A DNA stretch of 61,873 nt from an uncultured Candidatus Saccharibacteria bacterium (GCA_964628095.1 CAZVLR010000003.1:1-61873); one strand, 5' to 3'. Positions 17,911 through 27,526 are shown, counted from the stretch's first letter. Translations and numbers: made by a program. Notes: generated by a model from the letters alone, not told the origin.

Positions 17911-20311
17911 AGCACTTTTTATACTTCTTCCCTGAACCGCAGGGGCAAGGGTCGTTCCGACCGATTTCCTGATTATTTTTTGGCGCGCTCACCTGCTTTT
18001 GAGGCGGTTCTTTTTGAGCCATGCTGGCCTTAAAAAGCGTATTAATGATTAAAGACTCCATAGTTGAAAGCAGAATCTGAAAGCGCTTGTGCCCCTCGTT
18101 TTTATATTCTACCAAAGGATCCTGCTGGCCGTAAGCGCGAAGTCTCACTGAATCCCGAACCTGGTCCATAACTTCTAAATGCTCTACCCATAAAGAATCA
18201 AGTGTTCTTAAGCTGACAACTTTGGCCACCGCGTTAAAATTCTCCCCCAGTTCCTTTTCTTTTGCCTCCAGCAATTTTTTCTCTTCCTCGTTTTGGCACC
18301 AATCCATAATCTTTTCTTTCCAGTCTTTGGTTTCAATCATTTCGATTCTTTTTTTATAAATCACCTCGCGGTGTTTGTTTAAAACGTCGTCAAAATCCAA
18401 TAAATGCTTGCGGATGTCAAAGTTCATACCCTCAATCTTCCCCTGGGCCTGCTCAATGGCGCCAGAAATAATTTTAGCTTCAATGGGCTGGTCTTCGGGC
18501 ACTTTTAAAAAGCCCATCATGGATTTTATCCGGTCTCCACCAAAAACCCTTAACAAATCGTCTTCTAGAGAAAGGAAAAACTGGGTGCTGCCCGGATCTC
18601 CCTGCCGGCCCGATCTGCCCCGCAGCTGGTTATCGATTCTCCGCGCATCGTGCCTTTCAGTTCCTAAAACAAAAAGCCCGCCCAACTCCTTTACCCTTTC
18701 CGCCTCTTTAAGATTTATCGGGTTGCCCCCTAAAATAATATCAACGCCTCTTCCTGCCATATTGGTGGCTACGGTTACCCTTCCCAATCCTCCGGCCTGG
18801 GCGATAATTTCGCCTTCCCGCTCGTGGTTTTTAGCGTTCAAGATTTCGTGGGGAATGCCTTCCCGATCCAGCAATTTCCCCAGGAATTCGTTTTTCTCCA
18901 CCGACCTCGTGCCCACTAACACAGGCTGGCCCTTTTGATGCAGTTCTTTTATCTTTTGGACTGCGGCCTGGTATCGGCCCAATTCTGTTTTAAAAACAAA
19001 ATCAGGCAAATCCTCCCTGATCATTTCTTTATGAGTGGGCACGATAACCACTTCAAGCTTATAAACTTTGAAAAACTCTTCGGCTGAAGTGGCGGCCGTG
19101 CCAGTCATGCCGCTGATTTTTTTATAAAGCCTAAAGTAATTCTGAAAAGTAATAGTGGCTAAAGTTAAGGATTCGGGCTGCACTTTTAAGCCTTCTTTAG
19201 CTTCTACGGCCTGGTGCAAACCGCCCGACCACCTTCGCCCTGGCATTAACCTGCCGGTAAATTCATCGATGATTATTATTTGGCCGTCTTTTACCACGTA
19301 ATCGCGGTCTTTTTTAAAAAGCACCTCGGCTTTCAAAGCCTGCTCTAAATGATGCAAATATTTTATCCCCCGCTCCTCGTAAATGTTCCCCATGCCCATA
19401 ATCTCCTCAATCCTATTTACCCCTGCTTCCGTTAAGGTTACCGAACGCATTTTTTCATCCAGCTCGTAATCGGTTTTGGAATCTAATTTGGGAATGATGC
19501 GCGAAAACTCCTGGTACCATTTGGAAGATTCGGTATCGGGAGCTGAAATTATCAAAGGCGTTCTGGCTTCATCGATTAAAATGGAATCCACCTCATCCAC
19601 AATGGCGTAATTAAAACCCCGCTGCGCTTGCGATTCTAAATCGTAAACCATGTTATCGCGCAAATAATCAAACCCGAATTCGTTATTAGTGCCATAAGTA
19701 ATATCGGCCGCATAAGCTTCGCGCCGGGAACAAGGCCGCAAAAAATCCTGAACCACGTGAAAGCCGCCCAAAATATCTCTGGTTTCCTCTTCTGTTTGTG
19801 TTGGTTTTTTAAAATCCGGGTCGTATAAAAAAGACTGCTCGTGGTTAATGCAGCCCACGCTCTGGCCCAAGAAGCTAAAAATCTGGCCCATCCAAACCGC
19901 ATCTCTCCTGGCCAAATAGTCGTTTACCGTAACCAAGTGGCAGCCTTGGCCAGATAAAGCGTTAAGATATAGGGGTAAAGTGGCAGTTAGGGTTTTGCCC
20001 TCGCCTGTTCTCATTTCTGCGATTTTGCCCTGGTGGAGCACTAAACCGCCGATTAGCTGCACGTCAAAATGGCGCTGCTTTAAGGTTCTTTTACCCGTTT
20101 CCCGAACCAAAGCAAAGGCCTCAACCAAAAGATCGTCCGAGTTCTCGCCCTTTTTGGCCCGGTCTTTTAACTCTTTTGATTTGGCCTTGCATTGCTCATC
20201 GGAAAAACGCTCGAATTCTTTTTCGAGTTTGTTAATCTCGTCAATTATGGGCTGGATGCTTTTTACGTATTTTTCGTTCGCATCACCGAATATTTTATTT
20301 AAGAAAGACAT
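17900..20311 (-). CDS. secA: Preprotein translocase ATPase SecA
   Basis: 803 aa. Contains MRTGEGKTLTATL, DEVDSILIDEARTPLIIS, and the C-terminal zinc motif CPCGSGKKYKKCCG. Confidence 0.95.
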   Translation of the reverse strand: MSFLNKIFGDANEKYVKSIQPIIDEINKLEKEFERFSDEQCKAKSKELKDRAKKGENSDDLLVEAFALVRETGKRTLKQRHFDVQLIGGLVLHQGKIAEMRTGEGKTLTATLPLYLNALSGQGCHLVTVNDYLARRDAVWMGQIFSFLGQSVGCINHEQSFLYDPDFKKPTQTEEETRDILGGFHVVQDFLRPCSRREAYAADITYGTNNEFGFDYLRDNMVYDLESQAQRGFNYAIVDEVDSILIDEARTPLIISAPDTESSKWYQEFSRIIPKLDSKTDYELDEKMRSVTLTEAGVNRIEEIMGMGNIYEERGIKYLHHLEQALKAEVLFKKDRDYVVKDGQIIIIDEFTGRLMPGRRWSGGLHQAVEAKEGLKVQPESLTLATITFQNYFRLYKKISGMTGTAATSAEEFFKVYKLEVVIVPTHKEMIREDLPDFVFKTELGRYQAAVQKIKELHQKGQPVLVGTRSVEKNEFLGKLLDREGIPHEILNAKNHEREGEIIAQAGGLGRVTVATNMAGRGVDIILGGNPINLKEAERVKELGGLFVLGTERHDARRIDNQLRGRSGRQGDPGSTQFFLSLEDDLLRVFGGDRIKSMMGFLKVPEDQPIEAKIISGAIEQAQGKIEGMNFDIRKHLLDFDDVLNKHREVIYKKRIEMIETKDWKEKIMDWCQNEEEKKLLEAKEKELGENFNAVAKVVSLRTLDSLWVEHLEVMDQVRDSVRLRAYGQQDPLVEYKNEGHKRFQILLSTMESLIINTLFKASMAQKEPPQKQVSAPKNNQEIGRNDPCPCGSGKKYKKCCGK

Positions 20312-20350
20312 TGTTTTGTTTGGTTATTATATCAAAATAAAGCCAAATAA

Positions 20351-20372
20351 AAAGGGGGGGCGCCCCCCCCTT
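20351..20372 (-). terminator. Intrinsic terminator after the DUF1893 gene
   Basis: The plus strand reads G7-CG-C8 (20354-20370). On the minus strand the GC stem is followed by TTTTTATTT. Confidence 0.7.
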
Positions 20373-20394
20373 CTGATCGACTAATTAAGACGTT

Positions 20395-20784
20395 TTAAAA
20401 ACTTTTAATAAATTCTAAAGCGGTTTTGCCCTGACACAATTTTTCCATTGGGCATAAACCGCTTCTTTTTTTGTTTAAAATATGATTTACTTTTTTTTGA
20501 TACTTAACTCTTATTTTATTTTTCCTTAAAAAAGAAAGTGCGGAAACGGAAATGGTTGGCGTTAATACTTCCTTAACTTTTATATAATTTAAAATAAGGG
20601 CTGAGGCAAAACCAATAACCTTATCGTAAACCAAAGCGCCCCTTATTAAAGAACGGTGCTTTTTAGCGCAAAAAATTAAGGGCTTTAACCCCTGACTTTT
20701 TGATCGGTATATAATCTTATTATTTTTAACAAGAGCAAAAGATATTTTCTTGGCAGAAAAATATTCCAAACTGTATTTATTCAT
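20395..20784 (-). CDS. DUF1893 (TM1506-like) domain protein
   Basis: Pattern ...SQGLKPL...GALVYDKVIGFASALI...VKEV....IS..AL..L....I.V.Y...V..ILN...SGLCPMEK matches the TM1506 family as I recall it. Confidence 0.65.
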   Translation of the reverse strand: MNKYSLEYFSAKKISFALVKNNKIIYRSKSQGLKPLIFCAKKHRSLIRGALVYDKVIGFASALILNYIKVKEVLTPTISVSALSFLRKNKIRVKYQKKVNHILNKKRSGLCPMEKLCQGKTALEFIKSF

Positions 20785-21304
20785 AACTTAGAAATCGTTG
20801 GCTGATTTTTACCAAAAAAGGAATGAAGGCCAACTGCAGTAAAATACCGGGCCAACCATTAAGTATCGCCGCTTTAAAATAAGGGCTGGGCGCCAGCCCC
20901 GTTGGTAAAACAAAAATTGCCAGCCATAGTAAAAATCTACCCAAGACCATAGTTAAAATTAAGGACAGCCATAAGTTAATCTTTAATTCTTTTCTTAATA
21001 ACCCCGCTAAGAAACCGTAGAATATTAATTCAACCATCACCCAAGGCAATACATTCAAATAAGGCATGCCCGAAACTAAATAACTTAATAGGGCTGCGCA
21101 AAAGCCCGTTAAAATGCCCGCCGGCCAGCCCAGGAGCAAGCCAGAAACAAAAACAAAAATCTGAAGCGGCAAAAACATCCTTCCCAGTTGCGGCCCGGCT
21201 GCAAAATGAAAAAGAAAGGGCGTAAGAACGGACAATAAAGTGAATAAAGAAACAAAGGCAACGGTTTTTATTTGAGGCAAAGATAAGGTTCCTGTTTTTG
21301 TCAT
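20777..21304 (-). CDS. Integral membrane protein (possibly ECF-transporter S-component-like)
   Basis: 175 aa with 5-6 TM segments. Overlaps the DUF1893 gene by 8 nt. Confidence 0.4.
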   Translation of the reverse strand: MTKTGTLSLPQIKTVAFVSLFTLLSVLTPFLFHFAAGPQLGRMFLPLQIFVFVSGLLLGWPAGILTGFCAALLSYLVSGMPYLNVLPWVMVELIFYGFLAGLLRKELKINLWLSLILTMVLGRFLLWLAIFVLPTGLAPSPYFKAAILNGWPGILLQLAFIPFLVKISQRFLSYE

Positions 21305-21312
21305 TTTTTTAA

Positions 21313-22188
21313 TTAGATATTTTTTAAATAACCGATGAATTTGTAAATTAACTTGGCCACCAAAAAATCAGGCGCAATAAAGTTTTTAAGAGGCGACAAC
21401 TCCATAAAATCAGCGCCGATAATCTTTTTTTCTTTGCAGACTTGTCGCAGAATATCAAGGGTTTCCTGCCAAAAAAGACCGCCCGGCTCGGGTGTACCGG
21501 TCGAAGGCATTAAAGAAGAATCAAAAGCGTCAACGTCAAAGGTTAAATAAACCTGATCTTTTAAATTCTTAATAATCTTCCCTATTTCCCATGTTTTTTT
21601 ATCCTTGATCCAGAAAGTTTTAATTCTTTTTTGATTGTTCTCCCAAAAATCCAATTCGTTGTCGGTATTGCTGATATTCCGAATACCCATTTGCACCAGA
21701 TTAATATCGGAAAAATCCAAGCAACGCCTCATGGCGGCGGCATGGGAATATTTCTGGTTTTCATAACCGTCCCGCAAATCAGCATGGGCATCAAACTGTA
21801 AAATGCTAAAATTCTTAAAACCAGATTTTTGATAAGCACCAATAATAAACGGGGTTAAGCTGTGCTCGCCGCCCAAGCTTATAGGGAATTTTTTCTGCTT
21901 TAAAATATCGCCGATTAATTTCTCAACCAATCCTTTGGTTTTTAAAATGTCTTTTGGCAGCTTTAATTCTTCCAAAGTGGCGATTTTTATCTTTTTATCC
22001 GTTTCCTGCCACAACTCTTCATCAAACAATTCCACTTGCGAACTGGCCGAGATTATGGCTTTTGGCCCGTTTTTTGTTCCCCGACCGTAAGTGGTAGTCG
22101 CTTCAAAAGAAAAAGGCGCCACAATAATCTGCGCTTTTTCAAGGGGAATTTTTTCTATGTCTAAAAAATTATTAACCGCCGTCTTCAT
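21313..22188 (-). CDS. speB: Agmatinase (ureohydrolase family)
   Basis: Mn-binding motifs SLGGEHS, FDAHADLRD and LTFDVDAFD. Confidence 0.85.
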   Translation of the reverse strand: MKTAVNNFLDIEKIPLEKAQIIVAPFSFEATTTYGRGTKNGPKAIISASSQVELFDEELWQETDKKIKIATLEELKLPKDILKTKGLVEKLIGDILKQKKFPISLGGEHSLTPFIIGAYQKSGFKNFSILQFDAHADLRDGYENQKYSHAAAMRRCLDFSDINLVQMGIRNISNTDNELDFWENNQKRIKTFWIKDKKTWEIGKIIKNLKDQVYLTFDVDAFDSSLMPSTGTPEPGGLFWQETLDILRQVCKEKKIIGADFMELSPLKNFIAPDFLVAKLIYKFIGYLKNI

Positions 22189-22189
22189 T

Positions 22190-23338
22190 TTAATAATGTT
22201 TGTTTTTACCTTTGCTAAAATACGCCTTTAAGGAATATTTCTTCAGCGCTTTGTCTAAAAAATTCATCGCTTCTTCTCGATAATCAAGCAAATGCCTTGA
22301 TTCTCTTTTTATACCTTCTTGCAATAAAGCGTGGACAATAAAAGGAAAAACTGCGGTAACGTCGGATAAAACATATTGGGAGTTTTTTATGCATTCTTCA
22401 GAGGTTTTGCCCCAAGTGTGCGCCTCTGAAGCGGTGCAGCTGGATAATCCTCCATTCTGCACGTGCGCATCGCAAATTTGAACATCAGTGTCATACCCCC
22501 CAATATCAATATTACAAATCTGGCCCAAATAGGGTTCGGGCTGCAAGGAATAGTTTTTGGGTACGCCGCCGCCTAAAATGATAATCGATAATTTTTTGCT
22601 CCAGCGGTTTTTAGCCAAGTAATGGTAAGAGCCAAATTCATGAATATCTTCTTCCAAATCAATGCTGAATTTGTAGCGATGCCCCATTTTTCTTTTCAAA
22701 AAAGCTAGATTCAGAAAAATCGAACCGTCCTGGGGCGCACCGCAAAAAATCGGAATACGGTTGCGATAGCACTGCACCAGTAAACTACGATTTAAATCGG
22801 CCCGATGAAATCTTCTTTTTCCGAATCTCGCCAAATGGCGACCAAGTAAATAATGAAACTGGGTGGTGGTGAAAGAACGGTTAAAATCTGGCCGCCTAAT
22901 CAAATCAACCACTAAATTATCGGCGGTCCATAAATCATTTTCGGGAAAACCAATATCATAAATCCTGGTCCAGCCGGCTTTCCTTAGTTTTAAATCACCC
23001 TGGTTGGGATTCACTTCAAACCAATTATCGCTTTCCAATCTTTGGATGTCGTGATACAAATTAGCACCAGTAGTGGTAATAATATCCACGTAGCCCGCCT
23101 TAATTAAAGGTATGATGCAAGAAACCGCAAAATCAGCCGGCGTCAAGGCGCCCGAAAAGGCCAATACAATCGTATGATCCTTTTCAATCATCCTTTTAAT
23201 AATTTGATAAGCGGTTCTAACTTCCCGGCCGACATAAGAACCAAAAGCTTTATCAAAAAGCTCAGCGGTCGATTCTTCGCCATTAATCGGCTCGCTTGTA
23301 ACGCGACGCCCGACTAATCTCCTGGTAAGATGTTTCAT
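22190..23338 (-). CDS. Deoxyhypusine synthase family protein (DHS-like)
   Basis: Trimmed to the ATG at 23336-23338 (MKHLTRRL...). The upstream part of the track ORF overlaps pdaD. Contains the NAD-site GGGVPKNY and the catalytic-Lys context SEAHTWGK. Confidence 0.8.
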   Translation of the reverse strand: MKHLTRRLVGRRVTSEPINGEESTAELFDKAFGSYVGREVRTAYQIIKRMIEKDHTIVLAFSGALTPADFAVSCIIPLIKAGYVDIITTTGANLYHDIQRLESDNWFEVNPNQGDLKLRKAGWTRIYDIGFPENDLWTADNLVVDLIRRPDFNRSFTTTQFHYLLGRHLARFGKRRFHRADLNRSLLVQCYRNRIPIFCGAPQDGSIFLNLAFLKRKMGHRYKFSIDLEEDIHEFGSYHYLAKNRWSKKLSIIILGGGVPKNYSLQPEPYLGQICNIDIGGYDTDVQICDAHVQNGGLSSCTASEAHTWGKTSEECIKNSQYVLSDVTAVFPFIVHALLQEGIKRESRHLLDYREEAMNFLDKALKKYSLKAYFSKGKNKHY

Positions 23339-23342
23339 TTTT

Positions 23343-23930
23343 TTATTCTGTTTTTTTCTCCTCTTCTTCTTTTTGCTGTAAATAATGAGGCATAATAAAA
23401 ACGGCGGCAGACAAAACCGTAGTCCAAAGCCCGTCTTTGTTTCCAATGGCCGACTGGGTAATATTGGTTGTTTTTACGATCTTTCCGCTCATTTTATACA
23501 TTTGCTCCCGCTCGTCCCAGGCCGTATCCGGATCGAATTCAATGCCCAAAGTTGTGGCCAACATAGAAGCGGCCAGATCTTCGGCATAATGCCCGGCTTT
23601 CTGCTCGGTTTCGCCAAATGGATGATGCTCAGAAAGATATCCATATTGATTTTCATCGGCGGGTAAAGCGCAACCAATTGAAGAGGCAATTAATCTATTA
23701 GGTTCGTTGGTTGAATTTCGCGCCATTACCAAATAAACAATTTGCCCGGGTTTTATAAACTTTAATCCGTCTTCTTTGGAAATTCTTTTACAGCCGGGCG
23801 GAAAAATACTGGAAACCGTAACCAAATTAAAAGGAGCGATGCCCGCATCCCTTAAGGCCATTTCGAAAGAACTAAGATATTCCTTACTCACACCCACGCC
23901 TTTGGTAAAAAAAACTCTACTTGGAATCAT
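23343..23930 (-). CDS. pdaD: Pyruvoyl-dependent arginine decarboxylase
   Basis: [14 protein letters not shown]...[14 protein letters not shown] contains the self-cleaving Ser-Ser site. The ~190-aa size fits the family. Confidence 0.85.
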   Translation of the reverse strand: MIPSRVFFTKGVGVSKEYLSSFEMALRDAGIAPFNLVTVSSIFPPGCKRISKEDGLKFIKPGQIVYLVMARNSTNEPNRLIASSIGCALPADENQYGYLSEHHPFGETEQKAGHYAEDLAASMLATTLGIEFDPDTAWDEREQMYKMSGKIVKTTNITQSAIGNKDGLWTTVLSAAVFIMPHYLQQKEEEEKKTE

Positions 23931-24013
23931 ATTTTTATTTTTTAATTTTTATTTTTTCTTTTTTTAATTATTTTTATTTTAGTATACAACTTCCATAAAA
24001 AAATACAATGTGC

Positions 24014-24042
24014 AAAAAAAAGAATCCCGAGTAATTCGGGAT
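24014..24042 (-). terminator. Intrinsic terminator after rplM
   Basis: The minus strand reads ATCCCGAATTACTCGGGAT followed by TCTTTTTTTT. Confidence 0.75.
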
Positions 24043-24074
24043 ACGGTAAAGAATTAAATTTTTAAAACGGGATT

Positions 24075-24422
24075 TTATTCAAACTTCAATCTTTTTATCA
24101 TTAGGGGCCGAAGCCTGTTTTTGGGCAACATACCTAAAACTGCTTTTTTAAAAACCTCCTGGGGCTTTTCGGGCCACATAGCCTTTAAGGATTTTTCTTT
24201 CAAATGACCCAAGTAACCAGTATGATGGTAATATTTTTTTTGTTCGATTTTCCGGCCAGTGATTTTTATCTTATCCACGTTTTGAATTATAACAAAAGCT
24301 CCATTGTCTTTATGGGGTAAAAAATCGGCTTTATTCTTGCCCCTTAATAATAAAGCCACTTCCACCGCTAAACGGCCAAGTACTTTATTTGTTGCGTCGA
24401 TTTTATATTCTGCTCTTTTCAT
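24075..24422 (-). CDS. rplM: 50S ribosomal protein L13
   Basis: IDATNKVLGRLAVEVALLLRGK...HHTGYLG. Confidence 0.9.
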   Translation of the reverse strand: MKRAEYKIDATNKVLGRLAVEVALLLRGKNKADFLPHKDNGAFVIIQNVDKIKITGRKIEQKKYYHHTGYLGHLKEKSLKAMWPEKPQEVFKKAVLGMLPKNRLRPLMIKRLKFE

Positions 24423-24436
24423 AAAATTAATAAAAA

Positions 24437-24787
24437 TTATTTTACCAACTCGATAATCGCCATTCTAGCGCTGTCGGATTCGCGGGCGCCGATTTTAATA
24501 ATTCTCACGTATCCCCCTTTTCTTTCTTTGTAGCGGGGCGCGATATCATTGGTTAATTTTTTAACTACGTCGGGCGAAAAAACTCCGGCCAATATTCTTT
24601 TGGCTGCAATATCGTTTTTCTTGGCCCGGGTAATATATTTTTGCGCAATCGAAGAAATTTCTTTGGCCTTGGCTTCGGTGGTTTTAATTTTCTCTACCAA
24701 AAACAGCTCTCGGCACAGAGAACGCAGCAATGCTTTTCGTTGGTCTTTTTTTCGGCTTAGTTTCCGGCCTTTATTTCTTTTGCGCAT
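24437..24787 (-). CDS. rplQ: 50S ribosomal protein L17
   Basis: MRKRNKGRKLSRKKDQRKALLRSL...TT.AKAKE. Position directly after rpoA. Confidence 0.9.
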   Translation of the reverse strand: MRKRNKGRKLSRKKDQRKALLRSLCRELFLVEKIKTTEAKAKEISSIAQKYITRAKKNDIAAKRILAGVFSPDVVKKLTNDIAPRYKERKGGYVRIIKIGARESDSARMAIIELVK

Positions 24788-24794
24788 GAATTAA

Positions 24795-25601
24795 TTATTT
24801 TTTATTTTTTGATTTCTCTTTTTTAACAGCTGTTTTTTTGCTTTTTGTCTTGCTTTTTTCTTTCTTGGCTTTCTTTTTAACAACTTCGTCCTCGGTTGTT
24901 TTTAACTCTTTTGGTTTGAATTCCTGGCAGATTAAATCAAAATGGCTTACTAATATTTCACACGCCTGGCAAAAAGCGGTTTCGGGATTAATGGTGCCAT
25001 CGGTTTCAAGCTCTAAAAAAAGCCGGTCAAAGTCCGTTCGCTCGCCCACCCGCATATTCTCAACCTTACAGGAAACTTTTCTGACGGGTGTAAAAATCGC
25101 ATCGAGCAAAATAGTGCCGATTTCTATCTTTTCTTTTGATTTCTTATGCGAATCTCTCGATTTATAGCCCACACCCTTTTCAATTTTAATTTCCATATCC
25201 AGTTCGGCTGACTTTGAAGTTAAAGAAGCAATGTGAGCGTTTTTATTAATCAGATCAACCTGAGAAGACAGTTCAAAATCGGAAGCCTTCACCTCTTTTT
25301 CTCCTTTAACCTTTAAAAAGCCCGTTTGCGGCTCGTTATCGTGCAATTTAAACCTCAACTGCTTTAAATTAATCATTAACTGAATTACGTCTTCCATAAC
25401 GCCCGGCAGAGTGGAAAACTCATGCTGCACGTTTTTTATCTTAACCTCGGTAACAGCGGCGCCCTGTAAAGAAGAAAGCAATACTCTTCTTAAAGCATTA
25501 CCAATGGTAACACCGTATCCGGGATATAAGGCCTCGATTTCAAAAACGGCTCGGTTTTCCTTTTTTTCGATAACTTTTGGCTGAAGCGGTAAAGAGATCA
25601 T
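24795..25601 (-). CDS. rpoA: DNA-directed RNA polymerase alpha subunit: N-terminal domain only, followed by a Lys-rich tail
   Basis: Trimmed to the ATG at 25599-25601. Contains GYGVTIGNALRRVLLSSLQGAAV and FTPVRKVSCKVENMRVGERTDFDRL. After ~225 aa the sequence becomes KKKAKKEKSKTKSKKTAVKKEKSKNKK, with no alpha-CTD. Confidence 0.88.
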   Translation of the reverse strand: MISLPLQPKVIEKKENRAVFEIEALYPGYGVTIGNALRRVLLSSLQGAAVTEVKIKNVQHEFSTLPGVMEDVIQLMINLKQLRFKLHDNEPQTGFLKVKGEKEVKASDFELSSQVDLINKNAHIASLTSKSAELDMEIKIEKGVGYKSRDSHKKSKEKIEIGTILLDAIFTPVRKVSCKVENMRVGERTDFDRLFLELETDGTINPETAFCQACEILVSHFDLICQEFKPKELKTTEDEVVKKKAKKEKSKTKSKKTAVKKEKSKNKK

Positions 25602-25626
25602 ATTTTTATTAAAATTATTTAATAAA

Positions 25627-26256
25627 TTACCTTGAATAATATTCAAAAATGGAAGAAATTTCCACCGGCGGAGCGGCTTCTTCAAAAGAAGGCAAGCCGA
25701 TTACTTTTCCCTCAAAAGTGCTGGCGTCAATCGTTAGCCAAGCCGGGGTTTTTTGTTTTTTAATTTTCTCGGCTAAATTCAAGAAAGCGCCTTTCTTTAA
25801 TTTATTAGGCTTAATAGTTATTGTATCGCCCTTTTTTACCCTAAAAGAAGGAATGTTAATCGGCCGGCCGTTAACTAAAAAGTGGCCGTGGGAAACCATT
25901 TGCCTGGCTTGGACGCGCGAAGAAGCCAAGCCCAAGCGAAAAACAACATTATCAAAGCGGGTTTCCAAAAGCCCAATTAAAACTTCTGTCGCATCGCCTG
26001 ATTTTTTAGTCAGCAACGTTGCCTCTTCAATATAATTGGCAAATTGCCGCTCTCTTAAATTATACCAGTTTCTCAGTTTTTGTTTTTCCTTTAATTCTTT
26101 CCCGAATTCAGACAAAGCCCGAGTTCTTCTTTTTCCTTTTGGACCGGGAGCGTAAGGCCTTTTAACAATGGAGCATTTTGCACCTAAACACCGCTCGCCT
26201 TTTAAAAAGAGCTTTATTCCTGATCGACGACAAATTTTGCATTTTAGATTGGCCAT
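25627..26256 (-). CDS. rpsD: 30S ribosomal protein S4
   Basis: Trimmed to the ATG at 26254-26256. Contains MANLKCKICRRSGIKLFLKGERC and the S4 domain RLDNVVFRLGLA-like block. Confidence 0.9.
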   Translation of the reverse strand: MANLKCKICRRSGIKLFLKGERCLGAKCSIVKRPYAPGPKGKRRTRALSEFGKELKEKQKLRNWYNLRERQFANYIEEATLLTKKSGDATEVLIGLLETRFDNVVFRLGLASSRVQARQMVSHGHFLVNGRPINIPSFRVKKGDTITIKPNKLKKGAFLNLAEKIKKQKTPAWLTIDASTFEGKVIGLPSFEEAAPPVEISSIFEYYSR

Positions 26257-26260
26257 AATA

Positions 26261-26713
26261 TTATACTCTTCTTGGTTTGGGCGGCCGACATCCATTATGA
26301 GGAATCGGCGTCACGTCTTTTATTGAAATAACTTCCAAGCCCCGGGCAGCCAGCGACCTTATGGCCGATTCTCGGCCCGAACCCACGCCTCGAACAAAAA
26401 TATGTATTTTCTCAATGCCCAGCTTTTTGGCGCCCTCTGAAACAACTTCAGCTACTTTTGATGCGGCAAAAGGCGTAGACTTTTTGCTACCTTTAAAGCC
26501 CAATCGGCCAGCACTATTAGAAAGTAAAACGTTGCCCTTAATATCAGATAAGGTAAGAATAGTGTTGTTGTAGGAAGAGAAAATATAAACGCAACCCTCT
26601 CTTACTCGAATCGGGGTTTCAACTTTAATTTCCTTGCTGGAAGCTTTTTCTATTTTCTCACTCTCCTTTAACAGCTCTTCTTCACTTTGTGTGATGATTT
26701 TCTTTTTTCCCAT
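26261..26713 (-). CDS. rpsK: 30S ribosomal protein S11 (with N-terminal acidic/Lys-rich extension)
   Basis: [18 protein letters not shown]....[16 protein letters not shown]....E......GI..I.I.V.G.G.GRE.AIR.L...[19 protein letters not shown]. Confidence 0.92.
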   Translation of the reverse strand: MGKKKIITQSEEELLKESEKIEKASSKEIKVETPIRVREGCVYIFSSYNNTILTLSDIKGNVLLSNSAGRLGFKGSKKSTPFAASKVAEVVSEGAKKLGIEKIHIFVRGVGSGRESAIRSLAARGLEVISIKDVTPIPHNGCRPPKPRRV

Positions 26714-26725
26714 AGCTTAATTATT

Positions 26726-27115
26726 TTATGTTGCTTCTGGCGCCGGTTTGCGGCCCGAACCTACGGTTTTTCTTACATTTCCCCGCACGGTTCTCGTATT
26801 AGTTTTGGTTCTTTGTCCCCTTACAGGCAAACCTTTAATATGGCGCGAACCCCGCCAGGAACTGATGTCTTTTAAACGCTTAATATTCATCATCTTTTCC
26901 CGCCGCAATTCACCTTCTGTTTTATGATTCTTTTCAATAATTTCTTTTAATCTGTTGATTTCTTCTGAATTCAAGTCTTTGGTTTTTTTATCTGGAGAAA
27001 TATTGGCTTCTTTTAAAACTTTTTTGCTTAAAGCCAAACCTATCCCATGGATATAGGTTAAAGAAACGATTATTTGTTTGTTTTCCGGTATTTCGATACC
27101 GACGATTCTTGGCAT
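26726..27115 (-). CDS. rpsM: 30S ribosomal protein S13
   Basis: MPRIVGIEIPENKQIIVSLTYIHGIG...RGSRHIKGLPVRGQRTKTN. Confidence 0.92.
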   Translation of the reverse strand: MPRIVGIEIPENKQIIVSLTYIHGIGLALSKKVLKEANISPDKKTKDLNSEEINRLKEIIEKNHKTEGELRREKMMNIKRLKDISSWRGSRHIKGLPVRGQRTKTNTRTVRGNVRKTVGSGRKPAPEAT

Positions 27116-27121
27116 AATTTT

Positions 27122-27235
27122 TTATCCCTGCCGCTGCTTGTGCTTTGGGGTTTTGCAAATTATATAAACCCGCCCCTTTCGGCGGACCACTTTACAATTT
27201 TTACAAATTTTTTTAACTGACGGCCTTACCTTCAT
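27122..27235 (-). CDS. rpmJ: 50S ribosomal protein L36
   Basis: Too short for the ORF track. Reverse-strand ATG at 27233-27235 translates to [37 protein letters not shown] with a TAA stop at 27122-27124. It sits in the canonical slot between infA and rpsM. Confidence 0.9.
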   Translation of the reverse strand: MKVRPSVKKICKNCKVVRRKGRVYIICKTPKHKQRQG

Positions 27236-27262
27236 AAATATATTAGATATTTTATACCGGGC

Positions 27263-27487
27263 CTATTTTCCCCGATAAACAATCCTGCCTCTTTTTTGGT
27301 CGTACGGGCTCATTTCAACGGTTACTTTGTCACCCGGAAGTATTTTTATCCTGTGAATCCTCAAACGACCAGCCAAATGCGCTAAAATCTCGTTGCCATC
27401 ATCCAGCTGAATCTTAAAATTCAAGCTTGGAAGGCTTTCCAAAACTACGCCGGCCCGCCTTAGGATATTTTTGTTATTATCAATCAT
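27263..27487 (-). CDS. infA: Translation initiation factor IF-1
   Basis: 74 aa, S1-like OB fold. G.V.E.LP...F.I.LD.G.EILAHL.G.LR...I.ILPGDKV.VEMSPYD..RGRI.YR. Confidence 0.92.
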   Translation of the reverse strand: MIDNNKNILRRAGVVLESLPSLNFKIQLDDGNEILAHLAGRLRIHRIKILPGDKVTVEMSPYDQKRGRIVYRGK

Positions 27488-27526
27488 TAATTAAGCAGTG
27501 TTTAAAGGATAACAAATTTTAATAAT

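Noticed and set aside
20354-20370. G7-CG-C8 palindrome, considered as a G-quadruplex, recombination site or assembly artefact.
   Set aside because: It sits 25 nt after a stop codon and is followed by a T-run on the coding strand. The simplest reading is an intrinsic terminator.
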